Shown here: positions 9,755 through 19,820 of the stretch, piece by piece
Numbering within the stretch: position 1 is the stretch's first letter
How the letters are laid out: each line of letters opens with the position of its first letter
Origin: Candidatus Poribacteria bacterium
Lineage (GTDB): Bacteria; Poribacteria; WGA-4E; WGA-3G
Length of the DNA stretch: 64,000 nucleotides
Direction: 5' to 3'
Assembly: GCA_965205025.1 (NCBI GenBank)
Contig: CBDBFU010000014.1
Location: forward strand, 192,001 to 256,000
The notes under the pieces: generated by a model
What the model was told of the DNA's origin: nothing
Seen by the model: the letters and a program-made list of their open reading frames with translations, nothing else
The model's database searches: none
Program-made: the position numbers and the translations under genes

Positions 9755-11245
9755 ATGAAGACTTCTAAAAAAAAACTATGGAGTGGACGATTTAGTGCTG
9801 ATCCTACCACACAAACCATATCATTTTCACACTCCATAGAAGCCGATACACGCCTTATCGGATACGATATTTGGGGTAGTCAAGTTCATGCTATAATGCT
9901 TGAACGGCAAGGTATCATATCTGAAGATGATTTACAAGAAATCTTACATTGGTTAGGAAGAGTAGAGGAAGAGTTTCAATCTGGCAACTTTACGCTTGAT
10001 CCAAATAAAGAAGATGTCCACATGAATGTGGAGTCGTATCTGATTGAGAATGCTGGACGCGAATTTGGTGGTAAACTTCACACAGCCCGTTCCCGAAACG
10101 ATCAAGTTCTTGTGGACGCACACCTTTATATCCGTGAAGAGATATTGAATGTTCTGCGCGGTATTACATCATTATGTGAAACTTTCTTGAATATAGCGAA
10201 AGCACATGTTGATACAGTGATGCCTGGATACACACATACTCAACATGCCCAACCCATTAGTCTCGGTTTTTGGGCGACAGCCTATGTAAGTATGTTTCTT
10301 AGAGACCAGAAACGATTATTGGCAGCCTACAAAATTGCCAATACAAATCCACTCGGGGCATGTGCTTTAGCTGGAACAACCTTTCCAATTGATCGGCAAT
10401 TTACAACCCAACTCCTCGGTTTTGACAACCCCCATGAACATGCTCTTGATGTGATTAGTAGTCGAGATTTTATTGCCGAAACCCTTTTCGCTTTGTCAAT
10501 GGTGATGGCGAATTTATCTCGTTTAAGTGAAGAGATTGTTTACTGGACTACTTTTGAATTTGGTATGGCAGCACTTGATGATGCTTATAGTTCCGGTAGT
10601 TCAATCATGCCTCAAAAGAAAAATGCTGACATCGCGGAACTCACACGGGGACGGACAGGTCGTGTTTATGGTGCTTTAATGGATTTGTTAACAAATCTAA
10701 AGGGTTTACCTTTGGGATATAACCGTGATTTTCAAGAAGATAAACCCCCATTATGGGAAGCGTTTGACATTGTAAATGCCTGTCTTGAGATATTACCGAA
10801 TCTTCTTCAAACCACTGAATTCAAGACTGAACGGATGGCTGAATTGGTGAATGCAAATTTTGCAACTGCAACAGAATTAGCTAATTATCTGGTAAAGGAA
10901 CATCATATAAGTTTTCGGGAGAGTCATGAGATTGTAGGTTGGCTTGTGGGTGAACTTGTGAGACAGGAATTGACATTTTCAGATTGGGAAGAAACCCACA
11001 GATTACTAAAACAGAAGGAAGTAAACATATCAATCCCGAAGTTGCAACAGATTTTAGATCCGGCATTGGCACTTCAGAATAACCAGAGTCTTGGAGGTAC
11101 ATCTCCTAAAGAGGTTAGTCGGATGATAGATAACTTTGAGAAACAATTGGATGATTTTGCAATGAATATCTATACAAGTCAGACAAAAATTGATGATGCA
11201 TACAAGAAGACGATGCATGAAATTGAAAAGGTGTTTAACAGGTAG
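9755..11245 (+). CDS. argH: Argininosuccinate lyase
   Basis: KLWSGRF, EDVHMNVE, LHTARSRNDQV, MPGYTH, SGSSIMPQKKN, YNRDFQEDK. Confidence 0.96.
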   Translation: MKTSKKKLWSGRFSADPTTQTISFSHSIEADTRLIGYDIWGSQVHAIMLERQGIISEDDLQEILHWLGRVEEEFQSGNFTLDPNKEDVHMNVESYLIENAGREFGGKLHTARSRNDQVLVDAHLYIREEILNVLRGITSLCETFLNIAKAHVDTVMPGYTHTQHAQPISLGFWATAYVSMFLRDQKRLLAAYKIANTNPLGACALAGTTFPIDRQFTTQLLGFDNPHEHALDVISSRDFIAETLFALSMVMANLSRLSEEIVYWTTFEFGMAALDDAYSSGSSIMPQKKNADIAELTRGRTGRVYGALMDLLTNLKGLPLGYNRDFQEDKPPLWEAFDIVNACLEILPNLLQTTEFKTERMAELVNANFATATELANYLVKEHHISFRESHEIVGWLVGELVRQELTFSDWEETHRLLKQKEVNISIPKLQQILDPALALQNNQSLGGTSPKEVSRMIDNFEKQLDDFAMNIYTSQTKIDDAYKKTMHEIEKVFNR

Positions 11246-11270
11246 AGAGAATTTACATAAGGAAAATAAA

Positions 11271-11984
11271 TTGAAAGATAGATTGATTGTGGCATTAGAT
11301 TTAGATGATGGAGAAGATATTTTCTGGTTATCTCAAGAACTCAAGGGGACAGTAGCATGGGTTAAGATTGGATTTCAGGCATTAATCTCACTTGGTACCG
11401 AAGCATTTGCTTGGTATAGTGAAAATCTATATAAGACATTTGTTGATCTCAAATACCATGATATTCCAAATACTGTCGCCAGAGATGTTGGAACAATGAC
11501 TAAACACGGTGCCGATATGATAAATATGCATGCATCCGGTGGAATGGAGATGATGCAAACTGCACGAATCAGAGCTGAGAATGTTGCTCAGGATAGCAAT
11601 ATTGCCAAACCAATCCTATTAGGGGTAACTATTCTTACCAGTATTGATGAAGAAGGTTTTCAATCTCAATTTGGTTCAGAAAGACAACTATCGGAACAGG
11701 TGGTTTTCCTGGCAAAACAAGCAAAAGAAGCAGGTTTAGATGGTGTTGTTGCATCTCCATTAGAGATTGAACCGATCCGAAAAGCCTGTGGGGATGATTT
11801 TGTGATTGTCACTCCTGGAATACGTCCAAGATGGGCAGAAACTGGAGATCAAAAACGTATTACCACGCCTGCAGAAGCAATTAATAGGGGTGCGGATTTT
11901 ATTGTTGTGGGGAGACCTATTATTGAAGCAGATGATCCGATAGAGGCTGCAGAAAGAATCTTGGAGGAGATTAGAGGAGTATAA
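11271..11984 (+). CDS. pyrF: Orotidine-5'-phosphate decarboxylase
   Basis: LIVALD, DLKYHDIPNTV, VTPGIRP, VVGRPI; TTG start after AAGGA. Confidence 0.96.
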   Translation: MKDRLIVALDLDDGEDIFWLSQELKGTVAWVKIGFQALISLGTEAFAWYSENLYKTFVDLKYHDIPNTVARDVGTMTKHGADMINMHASGGMEMMQTARIRAENVAQDSNIAKPILLGVTILTSIDEEGFQSQFGSERQLSEQVVFLAKQAKEAGLDGVVASPLEIEPIRKACGDDFVIVTPGIRPRWAETGDQKRITTPAEAINRGADFIVVGRPIIEADDPIEAAERILEEIRGV

Positions 11985-11987
11985 ATT

Positions 11988-13406
11988 ATGAATATTATCT
12001 GTATCTGTTTAGACACGTTTCGAGCGGATATAATTGGTCAAGGAAAGAAGTTTAGCCATGTTCAGACCCCTAACCTTGATGCGTTTGCTTCTGAGAGTGT
12101 TCGATTTACAAATGCCTTTGGTGAGGGACAACCTACACTACAGATCCGCAGGGGGAATTTCACAGGAATGCGGAGTTTTCCGTGGAGATATAATTTTGAC
12201 CGACGTGGCCATTGGCATCATGCACCCGGATGGCATAAAATACCACCAGAACAAGATACTATTGCTGAGGTGTTGTTGGATCGTGGTTATTTAACTGCTC
12301 TCATTGCAGATACATACCACATGTTTAAACCGACGATGAATTTCTCGCGGGGATTTGCACATTTTGATTTCATTCGTGGACAAGAATCAGATAATTGGAA
12401 TAGTGGTGATCCGAGATTGATTGAGGATACTCTACGTAACCATGTCAGTGAACCTATTAATTGGAAACGGCATGCAGGATTGGTAAACTACCTCCTATCT
12501 CAAAGGCATCGAAAAACAGAAGACGATTACAGTTGTGCGCGTGTATTTCGTTCTGCTGCTGATTGGCTACAGGATAATCATACGGTTGGACCATTTTTCC
12601 TATGGGTAGATAGTTTTGATCCACATGAGCCGTGGGATCCACCAAAATCTTACGCGGACATCTATATGTCTGACTATACAGGTAAAGATTTTATTATGGG
12701 TGGTGCTTCATCAGAAGAGGAATTAGATAGGGTTGAAGCACTCTATCTTGGTGAAGTGACTTTTGTTGATAAATGGGTTGGGGTATTATTAGATAAGATT
12801 GAATCACTTAACATCCGGAATGAAACCCTTGTTCTTGTGATGTCTGACCACGGCACACAACTTCGGGATCACGGTAGTTTTGGCAAAGGTGCAAATAAAC
12901 TACATCCCTTCAACACACAACTGAATCTGATGATACGACATCCTGAAGGACCACATGACAAAGATATATCTGCGTTTGTGCAGAACCATGATCTTATGCC
13001 TACTTTACTAAATATGGTTGATATTCCGTGCGGATGGACTGATGGTGAGGATATGTGGCAGCTTGTTAAAGGAGAGAAAGCATATCTGCGTGAACGAATT
13101 ATTACGGGTTGGGCAGGTTTTACAACAGGGAACGCTGTTGGTCGGGTAAGTGTTCGTGATAACCGCTGGAATTTCTGTACTTCTGTCGGGTACAAAGATG
13201 AGAAGGGTGATCAACTATTTGATGTACGAAACGATACTGAAGAAAAGAATAATATAGTGAATGATCACCCAGATATTGTTTCTGAACGACGTAGGGATGT
13301 AGAAGCATTGATAGGGCAGCCATTACCTGGACATTTTATAGAGGTATGTGATCCTGGACATGCTCCAATGCGGCAATGGCTACAGAAGAAGTTATCAGAG
13401 ATGTAA
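11988..13406 (+). CDS. Sulfatase-like alkaline phosphatase superfamily hydrolase
   Basis: ICLDTFRAD, FDPHEPWDPP, SDHG; the CxPxR position reads PTLQIR. Confidence 0.85.
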   Translation: MNIICICLDTFRADIIGQGKKFSHVQTPNLDAFASESVRFTNAFGEGQPTLQIRRGNFTGMRSFPWRYNFDRRGHWHHAPGWHKIPPEQDTIAEVLLDRGYLTALIADTYHMFKPTMNFSRGFAHFDFIRGQESDNWNSGDPRLIEDTLRNHVSEPINWKRHAGLVNYLLSQRHRKTEDDYSCARVFRSAADWLQDNHTVGPFFLWVDSFDPHEPWDPPKSYADIYMSDYTGKDFIMGGASSEEELDRVEALYLGEVTFVDKWVGVLLDKIESLNIRNETLVLVMSDHGTQLRDHGSFGKGANKLHPFNTQLNLMIRHPEGPHDKDISAFVQNHDLMPTLLNMVDIPCGWTDGEDMWQLVKGEKAYLRERIITGWAGFTTGNAVGRVSVRDNRWNFCTSVGYKDEKGDQLFDVRNDTEEKNNIVNDHPDIVSERRRDVEALIGQPLPGHFIEVCDPGHAPMRQWLQKKLSEM

Positions 13407-13436
13407 GAATTGTAAGAGAATTAGTTGAAGGATAAA

Positions 13437-15407
13437 TTATCTATCAGCAATTCCCATATCTTCTAAATCCCAGAGTAGAAGTGTACCGTTATTACTGCCA
13501 CTGACAAGAATTGATCCATCAGGTGAAAAGGTGAATTTAGTCGGTCCTGCACTTTCCTCTGTATTGAATTGATGATATAATGATCTTGTCTCCATATCAT
13601 AAATTCTGATTACCCCACCGTGTAAGCCAGTGACCATACTCTTACCATCAGGTGAGATTTCTAATCCCTCTGATGTTCCTCTTGCATCAAGAAAGTCAGC
13701 AATGTTTTCTTTAGTATCTGTATCCCACAATTTTATTTCACCATTCCAAAGAGCAGTCAATAGTTTATTATCTGGTGTAAAGGTTACTTCTTCAATTCCA
13801 TTTTCTGCCTGAATAGGTAATGTTGTTTTTGTAAAATCATCAAGATTCCACAAATTCACTGTACCATCTTCACTTCCACTTGCAAACCACTTCCCATCAG
13901 GTGAGAATGTAACAGATCTTACATCTTCAGTATGACCATCAAGTGTTTTATATAACTTTCGATTAGGTACATCCCACAAGAAAACTCTCCCACGCCAATG
14001 ACCACTCCCCAGTAGTTTTTCGTCTGGAGAGAATGCTAACGTTAAAACAAACTCACTATATTTTCCAAGTGGTGGATAGAATTTCTGAGTCTCAGCATCC
14101 CATAACCGTACCTCACCCCAACACCCAGAAGCCACTGTCTTTCCGTCTTTTGAAAATATCATGTCAAAAGCATACCAGGGTGGTTTTGTCTGTATGAATT
14201 TTTCTGAGATACCTGTTTCATCCATATTTGTCTGTGTTATAATACCATCTGAACCACCACTTAGAAGGGTTGCACCGTTATTAATAAAACGTACATCTTT
14301 GACAGATCCAGTATGTCCATGAATTGTTAAAAGTTCTTTCCCAGTATTTACCTCCCACACCTTCGCTGTTCCATCATCACTACCACTTACCAGTTTTTCT
14401 CCATCAGCAGAAAAGTGTAGTGCCTTAACTGGAAGAGTGTGTCCTATAAAGGTACGTTTTATTAACCTATTAGTGTTTTTCCTTTTGTTATTACCTGTAA
14501 GTGAACGTAACATCTTGGCTAATGAAGGTGTATTATCTCTCTCTATATGTGGTGAAGGTTCAAGATGCCATAGATTAATTTTTCCTCCTGTATCACCACT
14601 TGCGAATGTATTTCCATCAGGAGAAAATACGATTTTCTCTACATTGCGTGTATGACCATCGTATGTAAGTAATTCCTCTCCAGATTTAGTATCCCAGCTT
14701 TTAAGAGTTGTAGAACCACCAACAAGTATTTTACTATCTGGTGAAATAGCTAAAGCCCACCCCTCGTAAGGAATTGTATGGAGTTTTTCTTTGGTGAATG
14801 GATCCCATAAGAAAAGCTCGTTTCTTGCAGCACTTGCGATGTAATTTGAATCAGATGATAATGCTAAACCGTTAAACAACCCTTCTTGTTCACCAGTAAA
14901 CGATAACACTTCTCGACTTGATTCAATCTCCCACATATGGTATTCAACATTACGATTCCAACTTAAGCAAGTAAGTAGTCTACCATCTGGGGAAAATACC
15001 AAGGATTTTACACTCCCAATTCTTTCTTTCATTACCGTAAGGAGTTCACCTTTATTGACATCCCATAATTCTACTGCACCTCCTATAACCCAGTTTCCTA
15101 TAGCGAGTGTGTTACCATCTGGGGCAAATGCAATACAATTTACATTCCGAACACCTCGTGGTTTTACCTTAAGGAGAGATATTTCAGTTCCCGTATGCGC
15201 GTCATAAATCCAAACACCTATATCCGAAGCCACTGCCAACCGTGAACCGTCCGGAGACAATTTCATATCGTTGATTCCTCCTTTACCGATACGCATTATC
15301 GCTCCATCAGGTAAGTGCCATTGGTTATAATCTTGGACTTGACTGGTTGAATGGAATACAATGAATTGCATTAGTATGCAGGTTAGAATAAGAAAAGTCT
15401 TCTTCAT
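13437..15407 (-). CDS. Secreted WD40-repeat protein
   Basis: Signal peptide, LPDGAIMRIGKG leader, many GH...FSPDG..LASG..D...LWD repeats. Confidence 0.92.
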   Translation of the reverse strand: MKKTFLILTCILMQFIVFHSTSQVQDYNQWHLPDGAIMRIGKGGINDMKLSPDGSRLAVASDIGVWIYDAHTGTEISLLKVKPRGVRNVNCIAFAPDGNTLAIGNWVIGGAVELWDVNKGELLTVMKERIGSVKSLVFSPDGRLLTCLSWNRNVEYHMWEIESSREVLSFTGEQEGLFNGLALSSDSNYIASAARNELFLWDPFTKEKLHTIPYEGWALAISPDSKILVGGSTTLKSWDTKSGEELLTYDGHTRNVEKIVFSPDGNTFASGDTGGKINLWHLEPSPHIERDNTPSLAKMLRSLTGNNKRKNTNRLIKRTFIGHTLPVKALHFSADGEKLVSGSDDGTAKVWEVNTGKELLTIHGHTGSVKDVRFINNGATLLSGGSDGIITQTNMDETGISEKFIQTKPPWYAFDMIFSKDGKTVASGCWGEVRLWDAETQKFYPPLGKYSEFVLTLAFSPDEKLLGSGHWRGRVFLWDVPNRKLYKTLDGHTEDVRSVTFSPDGKWFASGSEDGTVNLWNLDDFTKTTLPIQAENGIEEVTFTPDNKLLTALWNGEIKLWDTDTKENIADFLDARGTSEGLEISPDGKSMVTGLHGGVIRIYDMETRSLYHQFNTEESAGPTKFTFSPDGSILVSGSNNGTLLLWDLEDMGIADR

Positions 15408-15601
15408 GATATGTTCCTCATATTTATTCTATTTGATTCGGTTTGGAAACCGAACCTATCGTTGTTTTTATTAAATTATAAGATGTGACATTCAATTCTT
15501 AGTATTTGATTACAATACAGTATAACATTATTCAGTAATATTGATACAGTTTTCAACGTGACCTATAAATACTGGTTCATCGGTGTGTATAGAATTATAT
15601 A

Positions 15602-16192
15602 CCATAGGCGTCAATTTAGGAGAAAAAATGTTGTATCCCAGACCGGTAGGTGCGGTTTCCCAACCGCACTATTGGGCCTCAATTTTAGACTATGACTTTA
15701 TTGGTTTTGAGTCCCGGGGAATGCCTAAATGGCATTCATACCGTTGATTTGGTAGGGACGGAATGTCTATAGAAAAAGGATCAATTAACAAAATGAGTCC
15801 CGTAGGGACGGAATGTCTATAGAAGTGGTTATCACCAATATCCCAAGCCCCGGTGAATGCCATAAGGCATTCATACCCGGTGAACGCCAAAAGGCGTTCA
15901 TACCGTTGATTCCTTGATTCGCGGGGCGAAAGGTGTGTAGAAAACGTATAAACACAAAACACTAAGCCCCGGTGAATGACTAATGAAGATTAACTAAATA
16001 TTTCGGTAATTCTAATTTTCCCAAACCCGGTAGGTGCGGTTTCCTAACCGCACTGGATCTTTCTCCAAAATTACCGAATTTAAAAATTAATCTTCATATG
16101 TCATTCATACCCGGTGAACGCCAAAAGGCGTTCATACCGTTGATTCCTTGATTCGCGGGGCGAAAGGTGTATCCCTAAATTGACGCCTATGG
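15602..16192. mobile_element. Composite MITE A with 19-bp TIRs and 18-bp target duplication, containing nested elements
   Basis: ccataggcgtcaatttagg (15602-15620) / cctaaattgacgcctatgg (16174-16192), flanked by tgtgtatagaattatata on both sides (15584-15601, 16193-16210). Confidence 0.88.
15983..16097. mobile_element. Element Y copy 2
   Basis: atgaagattaa...ttaatcttcat TIRs; carries gtaggtgcggtttcctaaccgcac; lies in the loop of gaatgac-ta|at-gtcattc. Confidence 0.85.
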
Positions 16193-16415
16193 TGTGTATA
16201 GAATTATATACCTACCCAATGATAGATCTTTATATGTAAGACACCGGTGTGCTATAAAGGGTACATACAACAGAAAAATCCAACGCATCTATGCAAGCTT
16301 CTCGGCAAGTCAAATAATTAGTTGTGTCAAAATTAATTGATTATGGTATAGGTTTTTAGTATAATATCAAACAGGAAGATAACTCCAAAATTTTCATTAT
16401 TTTAAGGAAAAGAAT

Positions 16416-17186
16416 ATGCAACGTAAAAGCTCCCGATCAAAATACTGTATGGGTGAACTGATTGAACGTGAAGATTTTTCTGAAGATTTAGCCGCCTTCA
16501 AATTCAAGACTGACCAAAAACTCCCGTTTATTCCTGGACAATATGCTACCATCGGTTTTGAAGTGAATGAAAAGATTGTTCAACGACCCTATTCAATTGT
16601 ATCATCACCTCACGAAGATTTTATGGAGGTGTTTGTAGAATTGGTACCGGAAGGTGCTACAACTCCACTGTTTTGGGAATTGAAACTTGGCGATAGTGTT
16701 TTTATCAGGGATCGTCTTGTTGGGAAGTTTGTTATGGATGTGGATAGTGGTATGACCCGTCATGTTATGGCAGGAACAGTTACAGGGGCTGCTCCTTATA
16801 TCAGTATTGCTCGGACGTTGAAGATTGAACAGGAACAGGGTAAATCGAACCCGCATGAGATTCTTACTATTGTTGGGGCAAGTCGTTCATGGGAACTTGG
16901 GTATTATATGGATGAGCTGAATGAACTTGCTGCTCAGGAGGAATGGTTTAGTTTTGTGCCTACTGTGAGCCGTCCCTGGGAAGATGAAAAGTGGGAAGGT
17001 GAGAGTGGACGTGCTGAAGATGTTATCCGTAAATATGGGGACGAGATGGGGTATGATCATACGAATTCAGTTGTTTATGCGTGTGGACATCCACAGATGA
17101 TTGAGAATTCCAAGGCTATTTGGTCACGTGCACGTTTCCCTGAGGAACGGATTAAAGAGGAGAAGTTTTTTGTAATTAAGGAGTAG
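16416..17186 (+). CDS. Ferredoxin-NADP+ reductase-like FAD/NAD(P)-binding oxidoreductase
   Basis: FIPGQY, RPYSIVS, GTVTGAAPY, VYACGHPQMI, EKFF C-terminus. Confidence 0.88.
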   Translation: MQRKSSRSKYCMGELIEREDFSEDLAAFKFKTDQKLPFIPGQYATIGFEVNEKIVQRPYSIVSSPHEDFMEVFVELVPEGATTPLFWELKLGDSVFIRDRLVGKFVMDVDSGMTRHVMAGTVTGAAPYISIARTLKIEQEQGKSNPHEILTIVGASRSWELGYYMDELNELAAQEEWFSFVPTVSRPWEDEKWEGESGRAEDVIRKYGDEMGYDHTNSVVYACGHPQMIENSKAIWSRARFPEERIKEEKFFVIKE

Positions 17187-17227
17187 GTTTGACGGAGAAT
17201 TGTTAAAAGATTGCATGTTAAATAAAT

Positions 17228-17270
17228 AGCGGTAACTGATGAATTGTGCTTCGGTTACCGCTTTCTTTTT
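17228..17270. terminator. Probable intrinsic terminator between convergent genes
   Basis: agcggtaactga...tcggttaccgct followed by ttcttttt. Confidence 0.6.
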
Positions 17271-17277
17271 AGTAATA

Positions 17278-19764
17278 CTATTTTACTTTTCTTAGTAAAT
17301 CTCTAAGATAATTTGAAGGAACAGCGAAGTTGATATTTTGTGCGCGATTTACTTTTGCTTTCGGATCAACCCTATAGTATGCCAATGTAGCGATTCCCAC
17401 GACATTACCTTTATTGTCTAATACAGCTCCACCACTACTCCCTGGTGAAATAGCAGCTGTCATTTGTAACCATTTGCTTTTTCCTGTATCTCTAATGCTA
17501 CTTATTATACCATCTGAAACAGTTCCTTCTAATCCTTCAGGATTACCAACAGCATAGATTTTCTCACCTACTTCGACCAGATCGCTATTGGATAAAGATA
17601 ATGGGTTTGTTGTTGCCCCAGAAACTCTTAGTATAGCAAGGTCATGTTCTATATCAGTTGCTTCTATGCTCTCTACCTTGAACCTAATAGTCGTATCTAC
17701 TAATCTTGCCGTTATCAATGAAGATCCTTTAATAACATGGTAGTTTGTCGCAATTAAATCACGTCGTACAAAAAAGCCACTTCCTAAACCAACTACATCA
17801 CCCTTCGCATTTAGTCTGTTGAGGAACACAGTTGACGACAGTGCTTCTTGAGCAATTTGTTGTCCAGTTAGTTGAAGGTTAGATTGTTTTGTTCTTGAAT
17901 TATCGTTAGGTGTAATGTGTTTATTGGGTAAATCCTTTTCTTGCTGATGTAGACTCTCTTTAAGTTTGTCCATATTACAGATAAATATTGAACCGTTTTC
18001 ACAACCAATAATCAATGATCTTTGATCCTTAGAAAAAACAATTGAAGTTATTTCACTTGGGTATGGGAGTAATGATATTTGCCCCTTGCTTTCAAAATTC
18101 TGTTGATATTGAGCTAATAAAATCTGACCCTTTTTATTCCCTATGAGAAGTATTGAATCTTCATGTCGATATCCTAAAGCTGATATAGTACCGATTGGTC
18201 CTAAATCAATACCATTTCCTATTTCTCTTCCAGTTAAGGCATCCCATTTCCTGAGAGTACCATTTTGTTCCCCACTGAATAATATGCTACCATCTGATGA
18301 AAATGTTAAAGATGTGATAGGGTGCTGTGCCCCTGTGAGTTTCTTTAACACTCTTTCAGTTTGAATATTAAATATATAGATGTTCCCGTCGGCACCACCT
18401 GTAGCGATCACAGAATTTCTTGGTGATATTGCTAAAGCTGAGATTCCATGCGGATTTCCATTAAATCTATGAGAAACAGTTGTCGTCTGAATTGAATTTT
18501 TGTTACTAAGAATTTTCTGTACTTCAGATAAAAACACAGTTCCATCATAGCTGCCTCCACTTGCGACATGTCTTCCATCATTAGAAAATATAACGGATTG
18601 GGTTAGATCAAAATGATCCCGTATTGTAGAAAGTTCGCTGCTTGTACCTGCATCCCATATTCTGAGTTTTCCATCTAAACCTGTACCACTTGCCCGAATA
18701 CGATTATCTTCAGTATACACTAATGCTTTTATCCTACCAGTATGTCCAGAAATGTCAAACTTTTTCCTCTCTCCAATTACATCCCATACAAACACTGTTC
18801 CATCTGGACTTCCACTTACAATAATCTTACTATCAGATGAACAGTCAAGTACAGAAACTTGGTCTTTATGGCCTTTTAATGGATTCTGTTGTTCGGTATA
18901 TGTCTGTGTATTCCATATTCGTATTAACTTGTCAGCACTTCCAGTAACTAATGAATTACCATTGGATAGATAACTTACTGTATAGACTGGACTCTCATGT
19001 GAGATTGTAGAGTTGAGTTTCCCACCGACACCAACTAAACTCCATACTCTAACCGTTTGGTCTGTACTGGCACTGACTAACTTTTTTCTGTCAGGCGAAA
19101 AAACTACCTGTTCAACAGGTTTTGTATGTTCAGTAAATAAGTAAATCTGATCACCTGTATTTGCATCCCATACTTGAATAGTTCCATTTACACTACCACC
19201 CGCTACTAATTGACTATCAGACGAGAAAGCAACAGTCAACACGGTATCTCTATATGGTAATAATTTCGATTCTATTCTATCCCTATGATGAGCAGGAAAA
19301 TTTGCAAGATTCCATAGTCTAATATTGTTATCTGCACTGGCACTTGCAAGTTTTGATCCATCAGGAGAGTATGTTAAATCATATATTTTCTTATTATGTC
19401 CCCTAAGAGTGTTTTTTTCTATATCCTGGTTTCTTCTGACAAGATTCCATAATCTTATGGTTCTATCTTGATGGGCTGCGGCTATGTACCGTCCATCAGG
19501 AGAATATGAGATAGCGTTTGCACCACCCATAATCCCTTCGAATCTATGCACTTCACGACCTGTCCTGCTATCATATATCCAAATACCAATTGTAGTTGCT
19601 ACGGCAAATTGGTCCCCATTAGGAGAAAATTTTATATCCTGAATCCATCCTTTTCCTAAGCGTTCTTCAACGAAGGCTGGAAGATTATCTTGAGCAATTA
19701 AATGTGGTGTGATAATTAAAATGAGAACTTCACAGAATAATAACAAATACAATAATTTCTTCAT
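17278..19764 (-). CDS. Secreted WD40-repeat protein fused to a C-terminal trypsin-like serine protease
   Basis: Signal peptide, roughly 13-14 WD repeats, protease triad motifs ATNYHV, DLAIL, ISPGSSGG. Confidence 0.92.
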   Translation of the reverse strand: MKKLLYLLLFCEVLILIITPHLIAQDNLPAFVEERLGKGWIQDIKFSPNGDQFAVATTIGIWIYDSRTGREVHRFEGIMGGANAISYSPDGRYIAAAHQDRTIRLWNLVRRNQDIEKNTLRGHNKKIYDLTYSPDGSKLASASADNNIRLWNLANFPAHHRDRIESKLLPYRDTVLTVAFSSDSQLVAGGSVNGTIQVWDANTGDQIYLFTEHTKPVEQVVFSPDRKKLVSASTDQTVRVWSLVGVGGKLNSTISHESPVYTVSYLSNGNSLVTGSADKLIRIWNTQTYTEQQNPLKGHKDQVSVLDCSSDSKIIVSGSPDGTVFVWDVIGERKKFDISGHTGRIKALVYTEDNRIRASGTGLDGKLRIWDAGTSSELSTIRDHFDLTQSVIFSNDGRHVASGGSYDGTVFLSEVQKILSNKNSIQTTTVSHRFNGNPHGISALAISPRNSVIATGGADGNIYIFNIQTERVLKKLTGAQHPITSLTFSSDGSILFSGEQNGTLRKWDALTGREIGNGIDLGPIGTISALGYRHEDSILLIGNKKGQILLAQYQQNFESKGQISLLPYPSEITSIVFSKDQRSLIIGCENGSIFICNMDKLKESLHQQEKDLPNKHITPNDNSRTKQSNLQLTGQQIAQEALSSTVFLNRLNAKGDVVGLGSGFFVRRDLIATNYHVIKGSSLITARLVDTTIRFKVESIEATDIEHDLAILRVSGATTNPLSLSNSDLVEVGEKIYAVGNPEGLEGTVSDGIISSIRDTGKSKWLQMTAAISPGSSGGAVLDNKGNVVGIATLAYYRVDPKAKVNRAQNINFAVPSNYLRDLLRKVK

Positions 19765-19820
19765 ATTGTTCCTTGATTTATATCTATATTACATCCTATG
19801 TTTATTATGAATTCCTAAGA

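Noticed and set aside
15690-15962. 90-aa ORF (also 60761-60967)
   Set aside because: It lies entirely within nested repeat elements and has no protein-like features.
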